From: Lachnospiraceae bacterium
GTDB lineage: Bacteria > Bacillota > Clostridia > Lachnospirales > Lachnospiraceae
Assembly (NCBI GenBank): GCA_030527595.1
Contig: JAUNAN010000001.1
Location: 882-64,881 of the forward strand
Direction: 5' to 3'
DNA length: 64,000 nucleotides
Shown: piece after piece, positions 20,320-29,703 of the stretch
How the letters are laid out: every line of letters begins with the position of its first letter
How positions within the stretch are numbered: the stretch's first letter is position 1
Position numbers and translations under genes: made by a program
The notes under the pieces: model-generated
The model's database searches: none
What the model was told of the DNA's origin: nothing
What the model saw: only the letters and a program-made list of their open reading frames with translations

Positions 20320-20432
20320 AATACGATCCCTTCGATCCTAAGAAATAATTACAGATGGATATACGTATATTGTTGTCGGTGCGGTATGATCCTGCCTGCC
20401 GATCAGTAAATGAACCGGAGTGATATTAGAAG

Positions 20433-21233
20433 ATGGCTCTTGAGGTAGAACTGCAGGTATTTGACGGTCCGTTGGATCTGCTTCTCAACCTGATTGAAAA
20501 AAATAAAATTAATATTTTTGATATACCGATCGTGGAGATAACAGAGCAGTATCTGGCTTATATGCGGAATCTCCAGACGGAGGATCTCTCTGTCATGAGC
20601 GAGTTTATGGTAATGGCCGCCGAACTGATTGCGATCAAGTGCAAAATGCTCCTGCCCAGAGAGGTCGACGAGGAAGGTGAAGAGATCGATCCGCGAGACG
20701 AACTTGTCAGGCAGCTCCTCGAATACAAGACTTACAAGTACATGTCTTATGCACTTCGCGACAGAATTGCGGAGGGAACCAGGCGCGCCTATAAGGAGGA
20801 TACCACTCCGAGGGAAGTCAAGTCCTACAGACCTCCGGTGGATTCGGGAGAGCTTCTGAAGGATGTGACGCTTGAAAAGCTGCATCAGATCTTTACTTCC
20901 GTTCTGAACCGCCAGAACAACCGAATCGATCCTGTCCGCAGCAAGTTCGGTACGATCGAAAAGGAGGAAGTATCTCTTGATGAGAAGCTTCATGAAGTCG
21001 CCGCATATGCACTCCGGAAGAAGCGCGTCAGCTTCAAAAAGATGATCAGCGGCGGAAAAAGCAGGACGCAGATAGTCGTTACCTTTCTTGCGGTCCTGGA
21101 GCTCATGAAATACGGACTTGTTCATGCCGATCAAATCGAAGGAGAGGACGATATTGCGATTGAAGCGATGCCCGGTGCGGATCTCAAGAGTCTGCCCGGA
21201 CAGGCGGAACTATATGACGGATTTATATCCTGA
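20433..21233 (+). CDS. scpA: Segregation and condensation protein A
   Basis: FDGPLDLLLNLI, DPRDELVRQLLEYK and VVTFLAVLEL motifs. Confidence 0.95.
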   Translation: MALEVELQVFDGPLDLLLNLIEKNKINIFDIPIVEITEQYLAYMRNLQTEDLSVMSEFMVMAAELIAIKCKMLLPREVDEEGEEIDPRDELVRQLLEYKTYKYMSYALRDRIAEGTRRAYKEDTTPREVKSYRPPVDSGELLKDVTLEKLHQIFTSVLNRQNNRIDPVRSKFGTIEKEEVSLDEKLHEVAAYALRKKRVSFKKMISGGKSRTQIVVTFLAVLELMKYGLVHADQIEGEDDIAIEAMPGADLKSLPGQAELYDGFIS

Positions 21234-21251
21234 GTGTAAGAGGAAAAGATT

Positions 21252-21860
21252 ATGGTAGATCAGAAGGAAATTTTCGGACAGGAAGCAGACTATTCCGATG
21301 AGGAACGCCTGAAGGGAGCTCTCGAGGCGATTTTATTCACAACGGGGGAAGCGGAATCGGCTTCTGAACTTGCCAAGGCACTTGGTGTCGGGGAAGAGGC
21401 TGTTCATCGCACGGCAGAACTTCTTGCGGCTGAGTATCAGCAGGCGGGAAGGGGAATATCACTTATCAGACTGGAAAACTCATGGCAGATGTGTACGAGC
21501 AAGGTCTTCTATCCGGCCCTTATTTCTTATGAGCTGACTCCGAAAAAGCCCAAGCTGACGGAGGTTCAGATGGAAACTCTTTCCGTGATCGCATACAGAC
21601 AGCCGGTTACGAAATCGGAAATCGAGAGGATCCGGGGCGTTAACAGTGATCACGCGGTGAATAAGCTGATAGAATTTAATCTGGTGACGGAACTCGGAAG
21701 AGCGAAAACTCCGGGTAGACCCGCACTTTTCGGAACAACGGATGAATTCCTGCGTGCGTTTGACGTCTCTTCCAAGGATGACCTTCCGGCAATCAATCCG
21801 GTAAAACTCGAAGATTTCAGAGAAGAGGCAGAGAAGGAAGCGGAGAAGATCGGCGTATGA
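21252..21860 (+). CDS. scpB: Segregation and condensation protein B
   Basis: ETLSVIAYRQPVTKSEIERIRGV and GRPALFGTT motifs. Confidence 0.95.
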   Translation: MVDQKEIFGQEADYSDEERLKGALEAILFTTGEAESASELAKALGVGEEAVHRTAELLAAEYQQAGRGISLIRLENSWQMCTSKVFYPALISYELTPKKPKLTEVQMETLSVIAYRQPVTKSEIERIRGVNSDHAVNKLIEFNLVTELGRAKTPGRPALFGTTDEFLRAFDVSSKDDLPAINPVKLEDFREEAEKEAEKIGV

Positions 21861-23104
21861 AGAAAATAGTTGTCATAGGCGGCGGCGCAGCCGGGATGTT
21901 TTTTTCTATATTTGCCGCAAAAAACGGTCATCAGGTGACTCTGATAGAAAAAAATGAGAAGCTCGGTAAAAAGCTTTTTATCACAGGAAAAGGACGCTGC
22001 AATTTTACAAATCAATGCTCACAGGAGGAATTCCTCTCTAATGTAGTCACAAATCCGAAGTTTCTCTACAGCGCGATCGCAGCCTGCGACAGTGCAGCGG
22101 TGATCCGGGACTTTGAGGACTGGGGAATGCCTGTGAAGGTGGAACGCGGCAATCGTGCTTTCCCTGCATCCGATCACTCGAGTGATGTGATCAAAACTCT
22201 TGAGCAGCAAATGAAAAAACAGCAGGTGGAAGTGCGTCTGTTCAGTGAAGCAAAGCGCATTGTGACGCGGGACGGATGTGCTGCGGGTGTTGTTATTTGC
22301 AGGAACGGAAGTGAGGAGCTGCTGGAAGCGGATGCGGTTGTGATCGCAACCGGAGGACTTTCCTATCCATCCACCGGATCTACAGGTGACGGCTACAGGA
22401 TGGCTGAGGAGACGGGGCACCGGGTCACGGAATGCCGTCCCTCGCTCGTTCCGATTATCTGCAGTGATGAATACTGCAGGGTGATGCAGGGCTTATTCCT
22501 GAAGAATGTCTCGCTTGTCATGAAGAGCGGAAAGAAGATCCGTTACACGGGATTCGGGGAAATGATGTTTACTCATTTTGGTATTACGGGTCCGCTGGTT
22601 CTTTCGGCCAGTGCAAAGGCAGGTGCGTGGATCGGACAAGAGGATCTCAATACCTGGATAGACTTAAAGCCCGCTCTTTCCGAGGAGATGCTTGAGAATC
22701 GGCTGATCAGAATGGCAGAGTCGTTTCCGAACAAGGATCTGATCAATACTCTCGGAGAGCTCTATCCGGCAAAAATGGTACCTGTGATCCCTGAGCTGGC
22801 AGGTGTAAATCCCAGAGTAAAAATGCGGGAGCTGACCAGGAAGGAGCGCTTGGCCCTGATTCGTGTCACGAAACAGTTTCCGCTTCATCCGGTTTCACTC
22901 AGAGGTTATCAGGAAGCGGTCGTAACGAAAGGCGGAGTTTCGGTGAAGGACGTGAATCCGAAGACGATGGAATCCAAAAAAACACAGGGAATCTATCTGA
23001 TCGGAGAGGTTCTTGATCTGGATGCCTATACGGGTGGTTTTAATTTGCAGATTGCCTGGGCTACGGCTTATGCCGCAGCGGAGGCACTAAAGGAGGATAT
23101 ATGA
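21857..23104 (+). CDS. HI0933/YhiN-family flavoprotein
   Basis: GGGAAG, GKKLFITGKGRCNFTN, ATGGLSYPSTGSTGDGY and TGGFNLQ motifs. Confidence 0.9.
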   Translation: MKKIVVIGGGAAGMFFSIFAAKNGHQVTLIEKNEKLGKKLFITGKGRCNFTNQCSQEEFLSNVVTNPKFLYSAIAACDSAAVIRDFEDWGMPVKVERGNRAFPASDHSSDVIKTLEQQMKKQQVEVRLFSEAKRIVTRDGCAAGVVICRNGSEELLEADAVVIATGGLSYPSTGSTGDGYRMAEETGHRVTECRPSLVPIICSDEYCRVMQGLFLKNVSLVMKSGKKIRYTGFGEMMFTHFGITGPLVLSASAKAGAWIGQEDLNTWIDLKPALSEEMLENRLIRMAESFPNKDLINTLGELYPAKMVPVIPELAGVNPRVKMRELTRKERLALIRVTKQFPLHPVSLRGYQEAVVTKGGVSVKDVNPKTMESKKTQGIYLIGEVLDLDAYTGGFNLQIAWATAYAAAEALKEDI

Positions 23105-23784
23105 ATATTGCAATAGACGGACCTGCCGGAGCAGGAAAGAGTACCATCGCCAAGCTTGTCGCAGCCAAGCTGAAGTCTGTATATGTGGATACGGGAGCTA
23201 TGTATCGTGCTATGGCGCTGTTCCTTTTGAAGAAAGGGATCGCTCCCGAGGATGCGGATTCGATCACTTCTGTCTGTGATGAGGCGGATATTACGATTGT
23301 TTATCAGGACGGAGTTCAGCATGTGATCCTGAACGGAGAGGATGTGACGGGAGGACTTCGTACAGAGAAAGTCGGAAACATGGCTTCAAAAAGCTCCGGC
23401 AATAAGGCGGTGAGAGAAAAGCTGGTAAAGCTGCAGCAGAAGCTTGCATCTGAGACTTCTGTGGTTATGGACGGCCGTGACATCGGAACCGTTGTACTGC
23501 CGGACGCCGAGGTGAAAATATTTCTCACGGCAAGCGCAAAGGTGAGAGCTGAACGCAGACATCAGGAGCTTCTGCAGAGAGCTTCTGCGGAGGAGAAATC
23601 TCTGGTTCCGTCGGTCGAGACGATAGAACGGGATATCGAGGAAAGAGATTACCGAGACTCTCACAGAGCGGAATCGCCGCTGAAACAGGCGGATGATGCT
23701 GTTCTTGTGGATTCTTCTTATATGTCTATTGAAGAAGTGGCTTCCGAAATTCTGAAGATTGCAGGAGAAAAAAGTGAAGGTTAA
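23101..23784 (+). CDS. cmk: Cytidylate kinase
   Basis: IAIDGPAGAGKST, DTGAMYR and DGRDIGTVV motifs. Confidence 0.96.
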   Translation: MNIAIDGPAGAGKSTIAKLVAAKLKSVYVDTGAMYRAMALFLLKKGIAPEDADSITSVCDEADITIVYQDGVQHVILNGEDVTGGLRTEKVGNMASKSSGNKAVREKLVKLQQKLASETSVVMDGRDIGTVVLPDAEVKIFLTASAKVRAERRHQELLQRASAEEKSLVPSVETIERDIEERDYRDSHRAESPLKQADDAVLVDSSYMSIEEVASEILKIAGEKSEG

Positions 23785-24667
23785 TATTGCAAATACCGCA
23801 GGATTCTGCTTTGGCGTAAAACGCGCTGTAAATCTGGTTTATGAAGAGGCGGAAAAGCATGCTGGGAGCGTCTATACCATGGGACCCATTATTCATAATG
23901 AGACTGTGGTGGATGACCTGAGAAAACACGGCGTCAGGGTGATCGGAGACGATCTGATCTGTGAAGATACGGGAAAGGTGCCTCCTGAAGGCTCGGTCGT
24001 GATCGTACGTTCTCACGGAATATCCAGAGAGATCTACGAGCGTGTGGAAGCAGGCGGATATCAGATCGTAAATGCAACCTGTCCGTTCGTAAAGAAGATC
24101 CATGATATCGTTGCCGAAAAAAGCAGGGAAGGATGTACTATACTCATTATCGGCAATCCCGAACACCCCGAGGTGAAAGGCATCAGAGGATGGGCAGAGG
24201 GCGAGTGCTATGCGGCAGAGACGGAGGCAGATATTCGGAGAATTCCGTTTTCAGCTGAAAAAACGGTCTGTGTTGTGGCACAAACGACCTTCAATTTCGA
24301 CAAATTTCAAGAATTAGTTGAAATCGTTTCATCTATGGGGTATCATGTAATAGTTAAAAATACTATCTGCAATGCTACAAAGGAGCGGCAGACAGAAGCA
24401 ATGGATCTGGCTCGTGCCTCAGATGTGATGCTTGTTCTCGGAAGCAGGGCTTCCTCGAATACGCAGAAGCTGTATGAGATCTGCAGGAGTCAGTGTGTAA
24501 ATACTTACTACATACAGAAACTCGATGATTTGGAGAATGAAGTAACCAATTTCCCATCCGATAGTTGCGTAGGTATTACTGCGGGGGCGTCCACCCCAAA
24601 TAATATTATCCAGGAGGTTTCACAACATGTCAGAGGATTTTGCACAGATGCTCGAGGAGAGCTTTAA
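23774..24667 (+). CDS. ispH: 4-hydroxy-3-methylbut-2-enyl diphosphate reductase
   Basis: GFCFGVKRA, IIHN, ATCP, TICNAT, SSNT and TAGASTP motifs. GTG start after AGGAG. Confidence 0.93.
   Translation: MKVNIANTAGFCFGVKRAVNLVYEEAEKHAGSVYTMGPIIHNETVVDDLRKHGVRVIGDDLICEDTGKVPPEGSVVIVRSHGISREIYERVEAGGYQIVNATCPFVKKIHDIVAEKSREGCTILIIGNPEHPEVKGIRGWAEGECYAAETEADIRRIPFSAEKTVCVVAQTTFNFDKFQELVEIVSSMGYHVIVKNTICNATKERQTEAMDLARASDVMLVLGSRASSNTQKLYEICRSQCVNTYYIQKLDDLENEVTNFPSDSCVGITAGASTPNNIIQEVSQHVRGFCTDARGEL
24318..24346 (+). promoter_or_regulatory. Candidate internal sigma-A promoter inside ispH driving rpsA
   Basis: TTGAAA-17 bp-TATCAT in a locally AT-rich patch of ispH. Confidence 0.5.
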
Positions 24668-25727
24668 AACTGTCAAAAACGGGGAAGTGGTCGAAGGTAA
24701 GGTCATCGACGTAAAGCCGGATGTTATGTACCTGAGCATCGGTACAAAAGCAGAAGGTGTATTGACCAAGGAAGAGTACAGCAATGAGAATGTCGACCTG
24801 ACTACAGTCGCAAAAGAGGGAGACACTCTCGAGGTTAAGGTGCTTAAGATGAATGACGGTGACGGAATGGTCGTTCTTACTTACAAGCGTCTTGCACAGG
24901 AAAAGGGCAATAAGAGAATCGAAGAAGCTTTCAATAACAATGAAGTTCTGAAGGCTAAGGTTGCTCAGGTCCTGAACGGCGGTCTTACTGTTCTGGTCGA
25001 AGATACACGCGTGTTTATTCCGGCAAGCCTCGTTTCCGATACTTATGAGAGAGATCTCAGCAAGTATGCAGATCAGGAAATCGAATTCCGCATTACAGAA
25101 TTCAATCCGCGCAGAAGAAGAATTATCGGCGACCGCCGTCACCTTCTTGCAGAGCGCAAGGCAGAGCAGGCTAAGGAGCTTTTCTCCAGAATTCAGCCGG
25201 GCGATGTCGTTGAAGGTACAGTTAAGAATGTTACTGATTTCGGTGCATTCATCGATCTTGGCGGAGCAGACGGTCTGCTTCACATCTCAGAGATGTCCTG
25301 GGGCCGCGTAGAGAATCCGAAGAAGAACTTCCACGTAGGCGATACATTCGAAGTTATGATCAAGGATATCAAGGACGATAAGATCGCTCTTTCCAGAAAG
25401 TTCCCGGATCAGAATCCGTGGATCGAGGCATCCGAGAAGTTTGCAGCAGGCACAGTCGTAACCGGCAAGGTTGCAAGAATGACAGAATTCGGTGCATTCA
25501 TTGAGCTGATTCCGGGTGTTGATGCTCTTCTGCATGTTTCTCAGATCAGCAGAAATCATGTCGACAAGCCGTCCGATGTACTTGCAATCGGTCAGGAGAT
25601 CTCTGCAAAGGTTGTTGATTTCAACGCTCAGGATCATAAGATCTCCCTTTCCGTAAAGGCACTTGAGCAGGACGTCAAGGCTGACGAAGTCAGCGAAGAG
25701 GCAGAAGAAAGCGCAGAGCAGAACTAA
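24627..25727 (+). CDS. rpsA: 30S ribosomal protein S1
   Basis: Repeated S1 domains (TDFGAFIDLGGADGLLHISE, EFGAFIELIPGVDALLHVSQ). Own SD CAGGAGG. Overlaps the ispH 3' end. Confidence 0.95.
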   Translation: MSEDFAQMLEESFKTVKNGEVVEGKVIDVKPDVMYLSIGTKAEGVLTKEEYSNENVDLTTVAKEGDTLEVKVLKMNDGDGMVVLTYKRLAQEKGNKRIEEAFNNNEVLKAKVAQVLNGGLTVLVEDTRVFIPASLVSDTYERDLSKYADQEIEFRITEFNPRRRRIIGDRRHLLAERKAEQAKELFSRIQPGDVVEGTVKNVTDFGAFIDLGGADGLLHISEMSWGRVENPKKNFHVGDTFEVMIKDIKDDKIALSRKFPDQNPWIEASEKFAAGTVVTGKVARMTEFGAFIELIPGVDALLHVSQISRNHVDKPSDVLAIGQEISAKVVDFNAQDHKISLSVKALEQDVKADEVSEEAEESAEQN

Positions 25728-26595
25728 GATACTGCAGCTGCTGTTTCTCTGAGCTCAGGAAAACTTCAGAAACAGAATAATAGGAAAAGCAGTCTTCACG
25801 GACTGCTTTTCTTTTATGTTTTTTATCGACAAAAGCGGACATGCTTCTGTGAATTGCATAGCCCTCATGGATTAAAAAATCATAATTCTTCCAATCCTCA
25901 TGATAGACACGGATTTTCATTTCTTCTGTTTTTACGGAAAGAACTGCCTGATCATGATCAAAGATCAGGTAAAAAGGTCCTTCGGGGATGGCGGCTCTGA
26001 CCGGAAAAGATACAGGGACATCCAACGAGAATACAAGACGGTCTGCTTCAAGTTCTGTCTTTTTCAGGGTATAGTTTCCCTGTGCAAACTGAATATACGC
26101 ATAAAGCGCCGTGATCTCAGCGGTTTTTTCGGCATCCGTCATGTTCTCGTCTTCGCTTTTCGGACGAATCTGAAGGAATGTGAGGAAATCATCAAGAGAG
26201 CGGGAGGGCAGGCCGAAGATCTGATAGAGACCCCGGTACTGCAGATAAAGATCTGCAAATTTTTTTCCCGGAAACGGATCCGGGAGGCCGTATGCCTTCA
26301 GCTTGCTTTTTAAATGCGGTATGTCGAAAGAATTTCCGTTAAAAGTGATGATTCGCTTTGCAGACGAAAGGAGTGAGGCCGCACCTTCAAGAATATCGTA
26401 TTCATCTGATTCCTGTTCGGAGATGTAACGGGTCTCCCGAAGCTTTTTTTCATCGTCATAGAAGAGCAGAGACAGCTCCTCCGTTTTGCTGGTCCGCCAG
26501 AAGAGACCGTCCGTTATATAGTCGAGGATAACGTCTCCGTGAGCCAGAAACGGTGAAAATCGATGCATTGTGTATTCTTTATTCAGTATTCTCAT
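25690..26595 (-). CDS. YprB/RNase_H_2-like exonuclease-fold protein (degenerate)
   Basis: IITFNGNSFDIPHLK and DLY motifs typical of YprB-like DEDD proteins. First motif is altered (LDYITDGL). SD-like GGGAGA upstream. Confidence 0.6.
   Translation of the reverse strand: MRILNKEYTMHRFSPFLAHGDVILDYITDGLFWRTSKTEELSLLFYDDEKKLRETRYISEQESDEYDILEGAASLLSSAKRIITFNGNSFDIPHLKSKLKAYGLPDPFPGKKFADLYLQYRGLYQIFGLPSRSLDDFLTFLQIRPKSEDENMTDAEKTAEITALYAYIQFAQGNYTLKKTELEADRLVFSLDVPVSFPVRAAIPEGPFYLIFDHDQAVLSVKTEEMKIRVYHEDWKNYDFLIHEGYAIHRSMSAFVDKKHKRKAVREDCFSYYSVSEVFLSSEKQQLQYLSSALRFLLPLR
25783..25816 (+). terminator. Intrinsic terminator of rpsA, embedded in the antisense CDS
   Basis: GAAAAGCAGTC-TTCACG-GACTGCTTTTC followed by TTTT. 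Confidence 0.75.
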
Positions 26596-26743
26596 AGAAA
26601 ATCTCCCGGAATCAAAATTCTGTCAGGTATGATTATGTATTTTTTTAGATACCTTGTCAAATCTGAGAAGTTTTTAGTAATTTTTCGTGAAATAATTGTG
26701 ATACTGTATTATAATATTTAGAGTTTAAGAAAGGAGGAGAGAT

Positions 26744-28066
26744 ATGAAGTTACTGACCTTTCAGGGAGGCGTTCATCCTTATGACGGCAAAGAGCTGTCA
26801 AAAGACCAGCCGATCAAAGAACTGAAACCGGGCAAGGAACTTGCATTCTTAGTATCTCAGCACATTGGAGCACCGGCAAAGCCGTGCGTGGAAAAAGGTG
26901 ACCGCGTACTTGCCGGACAGAAAATAGCCGAAGCCGGCGGATTTGTTTCTGCACCGATTTTTTCATCTGTTTCCGGAACCGTAAAGGGCATTGAAAAAAG
27001 AAAGAATGCTCCGGGCGGAATGGTAGATGCAATTATCGTTGAGAATGATGAGCAGTACGAGACTGTGGAGTTTTCACCGATCAATTCCCTTGATGACCTC
27101 TCGAACGAGGAAATTGTAGGAAGAATCAAGGATGCCGGCGTTGTCGGTATGGGCGGTGCAGGATTCCCGACACACGTCAAGCTTTCTCCTAAGGATCCGT
27201 CCAAGATCGATTACATTCTTGTAAACGGTGCAGAATGTGAGCCTTATCTGACATCGGATTACCGCAGCATGATCGAAATGCCTGAGAAGATCGTTCAGGG
27301 CCTTCGCTGCATCCTGAAACTCTTTGATTCCGCAAAGGGTGTAATCGCAATCGAAAACAACAAGCCGGAAGCTATCCGCATTATGCAGGAGGCAGTTAAG
27401 GGCGAGAGCCGTATGTCTGTTGCTGTCATGCAGACAAAGTATCCGGAAGGTGCTGAGCGCTGTCTGATCAGTGCGATCACAGGCAGAGAAGTAAACTCTA
27501 AGATGCTGCCGGCGGATGCAGGCTGTATCGTTGATAATATCAGCACATTGATCGCAGTCAATGATGCTGTTATGCTCGGCAAGCCTCTGTATCATCGCGT
27601 ATTCACGATTACCGGAGAGGCGATTGCCAATCCGAGCAACTTTGATGTCCTTGTCGGACAGAGCTACAGCGAGATCGTTGCTGCTGCAGGCGGTTTTAAG
27701 TCTCAGCCGGAAAAGATCATCTCCGGCGGACCGATGATGGGCTTTGCCCAGTCAGATCTGACTGTACCGGTCACAAAGACATCCGGTGCTATTACAGCAT
27801 TCCTTACAGACCCGGTCTCCAAGACACAGGAGAGTGCCTGCATCAACTGCGGACGCTGTGTAAGCGGCTGCCCTGCAAGACTGATGCCCTGCAAGCTTTC
27901 CGACTATGCAGAACACGGTGACGCAGAAAGATTTGAGGCTGAATTCGGTCTGGAATGTGTAAACTGCGGTTCCTGCAGCTTCCAGTGTCCGGCAAAACGT
28001 CCGCTCGCTGCAAATATCAACACAATGCGACAGACAGTTCTTGCCAATAAGAGAAAGAAAAAGTAA
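26744..28066 (+). CDS. rnfC: Rnf complex subunit C
   Basis: QHIGAPA, GMGGAGFPT, NGAECEPYLT, GGPMMG and two 4Fe-4S motifs. Confidence 0.96.
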   Translation: MKLLTFQGGVHPYDGKELSKDQPIKELKPGKELAFLVSQHIGAPAKPCVEKGDRVLAGQKIAEAGGFVSAPIFSSVSGTVKGIEKRKNAPGGMVDAIIVENDEQYETVEFSPINSLDDLSNEEIVGRIKDAGVVGMGGAGFPTHVKLSPKDPSKIDYILVNGAECEPYLTSDYRSMIEMPEKIVQGLRCILKLFDSAKGVIAIENNKPEAIRIMQEAVKGESRMSVAVMQTKYPEGAERCLISAITGREVNSKMLPADAGCIVDNISTLIAVNDAVMLGKPLYHRVFTITGEAIANPSNFDVLVGQSYSEIVAAAGGFKSQPEKIISGGPMMGFAQSDLTVPVTKTSGAITAFLTDPVSKTQESACINCGRCVSGCPARLMPCKLSDYAEHGDAERFEAEFGLECVNCGSCSFQCPAKRPLAANINTMRQTVLANKRKKK

Positions 28067-28081
28067 GGGGAGGAAGAGTAA

Positions 28082-29086
28082 ATGAGTGAAAGATATCAGG
28101 TTTCTGCCTCACCTCATGTAAGAGACAGTATTACCACACAGAGACTGATGCTCTATGTGATTATTGCTCTGATGCCGGCTACTATTTTCGGCATCTGCAA
28201 TTTTGGACCCTATGTGCTTGTGATCCTTCTTGCTACGATCTGCTCAGCTGTTCTTTCAGAGTATGTCTATGAGAAGATCACGCATAAGCCGAATACCACA
28301 TCCGATTTGAGTGCGGTTTTAACCGGACTTCTGATTGCTCTGAATATGCCGCCCGAAATCGCATGGTGGATCCCGTGCATCGGTGCTGTGTTTGCAATCG
28401 TAGTTATCAAGCAGCTGTACGGCGGACTCGGTCAGAACTTCATGAACCCGGCACTGGGTGCAAGATGTTTCCTTCTGATTTCCTTCTCCAGCCAGATGAC
28501 AACTTACACGGTCGGACACGGATTTACTAACATTGTGACAAATGTTGCTTCTACAACAGATGCACTTTCCAGCGCAACTCCGCTGGCATACCTGAAGGAA
28601 GGCATTCACTTTAATCTCGGAGCTATGTTCCTCGGAACAACGACCGGTGTTATTGGTGAGACTTCCGCTCTGGCGCTGCTGATCGGCGGTATCCTTCTTG
28701 TCTGCCTGAAGGTGATCGATGCGAGAATTCCTGTCTGCTATCTCGGCAGCTTCGCGGTTCTTGTTCTGATCACAGCTGCAGTCAGAGGCTACAGCGATCC
28801 GGCTGTCTTTATGCTTGAAGAGCTTTGCGGCGGCGGTATCATGCTCGGAGCATGGTTTATGGCTACTGACTATGTTACATCCCCGATCACAAAGAGGGGC
28901 CGTATTGTTTACGGTGTTCTTCTCGGATTCCTGACATGGCTGTTCCGTATGATCGGAAAGTCTTCGGAAGGTGTTTCCTATGCGATCATCTTCATCAACC
29001 TTCTTGTGCCGATGATCGAGCATTACACACGTCCGACAGCTTTCGGTATTGTCAAGGAAAAGAAAAAGAAGGAGGCTGATAAATAA
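28082..29086 (+). CDS. rnfD: Rnf complex subunit D
   Basis: KQLYGGLGQNFMNPA, SSATPL (FMN-threonine site) and FMATDYVTSP motifs. Confidence 0.95.
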   Translation: MSERYQVSASPHVRDSITTQRLMLYVIIALMPATIFGICNFGPYVLVILLATICSAVLSEYVYEKITHKPNTTSDLSAVLTGLLIALNMPPEIAWWIPCIGAVFAIVVIKQLYGGLGQNFMNPALGARCFLLISFSSQMTTYTVGHGFTNIVTNVASTTDALSSATPLAYLKEGIHFNLGAMFLGTTTGVIGETSALALLIGGILLVCLKVIDARIPVCYLGSFAVLVLITAAVRGYSDPAVFMLEELCGGGIMLGAWFMATDYVTSPITKRGRIVYGVLLGFLTWLFRMIGKSSEGVSYAIIFINLLVPMIEHYTRPTAFGIVKEKKKKEADK

Positions 29087-29703
29087 TGGATAAGAAACAG
29101 ACTTCTCTTGCTCATGACATTATCATTCTGACGATCATCACGATCGTTGCCGGTATTCTTCTTGGTATTGTTCATGATGTTACAGCTGCGCCGATTGCGA
29201 TTCAGCAGCAGAAGGCTCTTGAAGAAGGTCAGAAGGCCGTCTTTGAAAATGCAGCTTCATTCGAGCTTGCCGATGTTTCCGATGATGTTCTTGCCCAGAT
29301 CGTTTCCGATGCAGGTCTTACAAAGACAAAGATCAGCACGGTCTATCTTGCGCAGGATGCTTCCGGTGAAACGCTTGGTTATGTAGTGGATTCCACAAAC
29401 TCCGAGGGTTACGGCGGAGATATCCAGATTCTGACCGGTATTACAGCTGCTGATGGTGCTTATACAGTAAACAGCATTACATTTATGAGCATCTCCGAGA
29501 CTGCCGGTATGGGTATGAAGGCAAAGGATGCTGAGTTCAAGGATCAGTTCAATGATCTTGGTGCTACGGCTGTTACCGTTTCCGGTGATGCCGAAGCAAC
29601 TGCAATTGATGCAATCAGCGGCGCAACCATTACATCAAAAGCTGTAGTGAAGGCTGTGAATGCAGCTCTTTCAGCGGCACAGTATATGGAGGCACAGGCA
29701 TGA
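29086..29703 (+). CDS. rnfG: Rnf complex subunit G
   Basis: N-terminal TM helix, GYGG, ETAGMG and the DAISGATITS flavinylation motif. Confidence 0.94.
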   Translation: MDKKQTSLAHDIIILTIITIVAGILLGIVHDVTAAPIAIQQQKALEEGQKAVFENAASFELADVSDDVLAQIVSDAGLTKTKISTVYLAQDASGETLGYVVDSTNSEGYGGDIQILTGITAADGAYTVNSITFMSISETAGMGMKAKDAEFKDQFNDLGATAVTVSGDAEATAIDAISGATITSKAVVKAVNAALSAAQYMEAQA

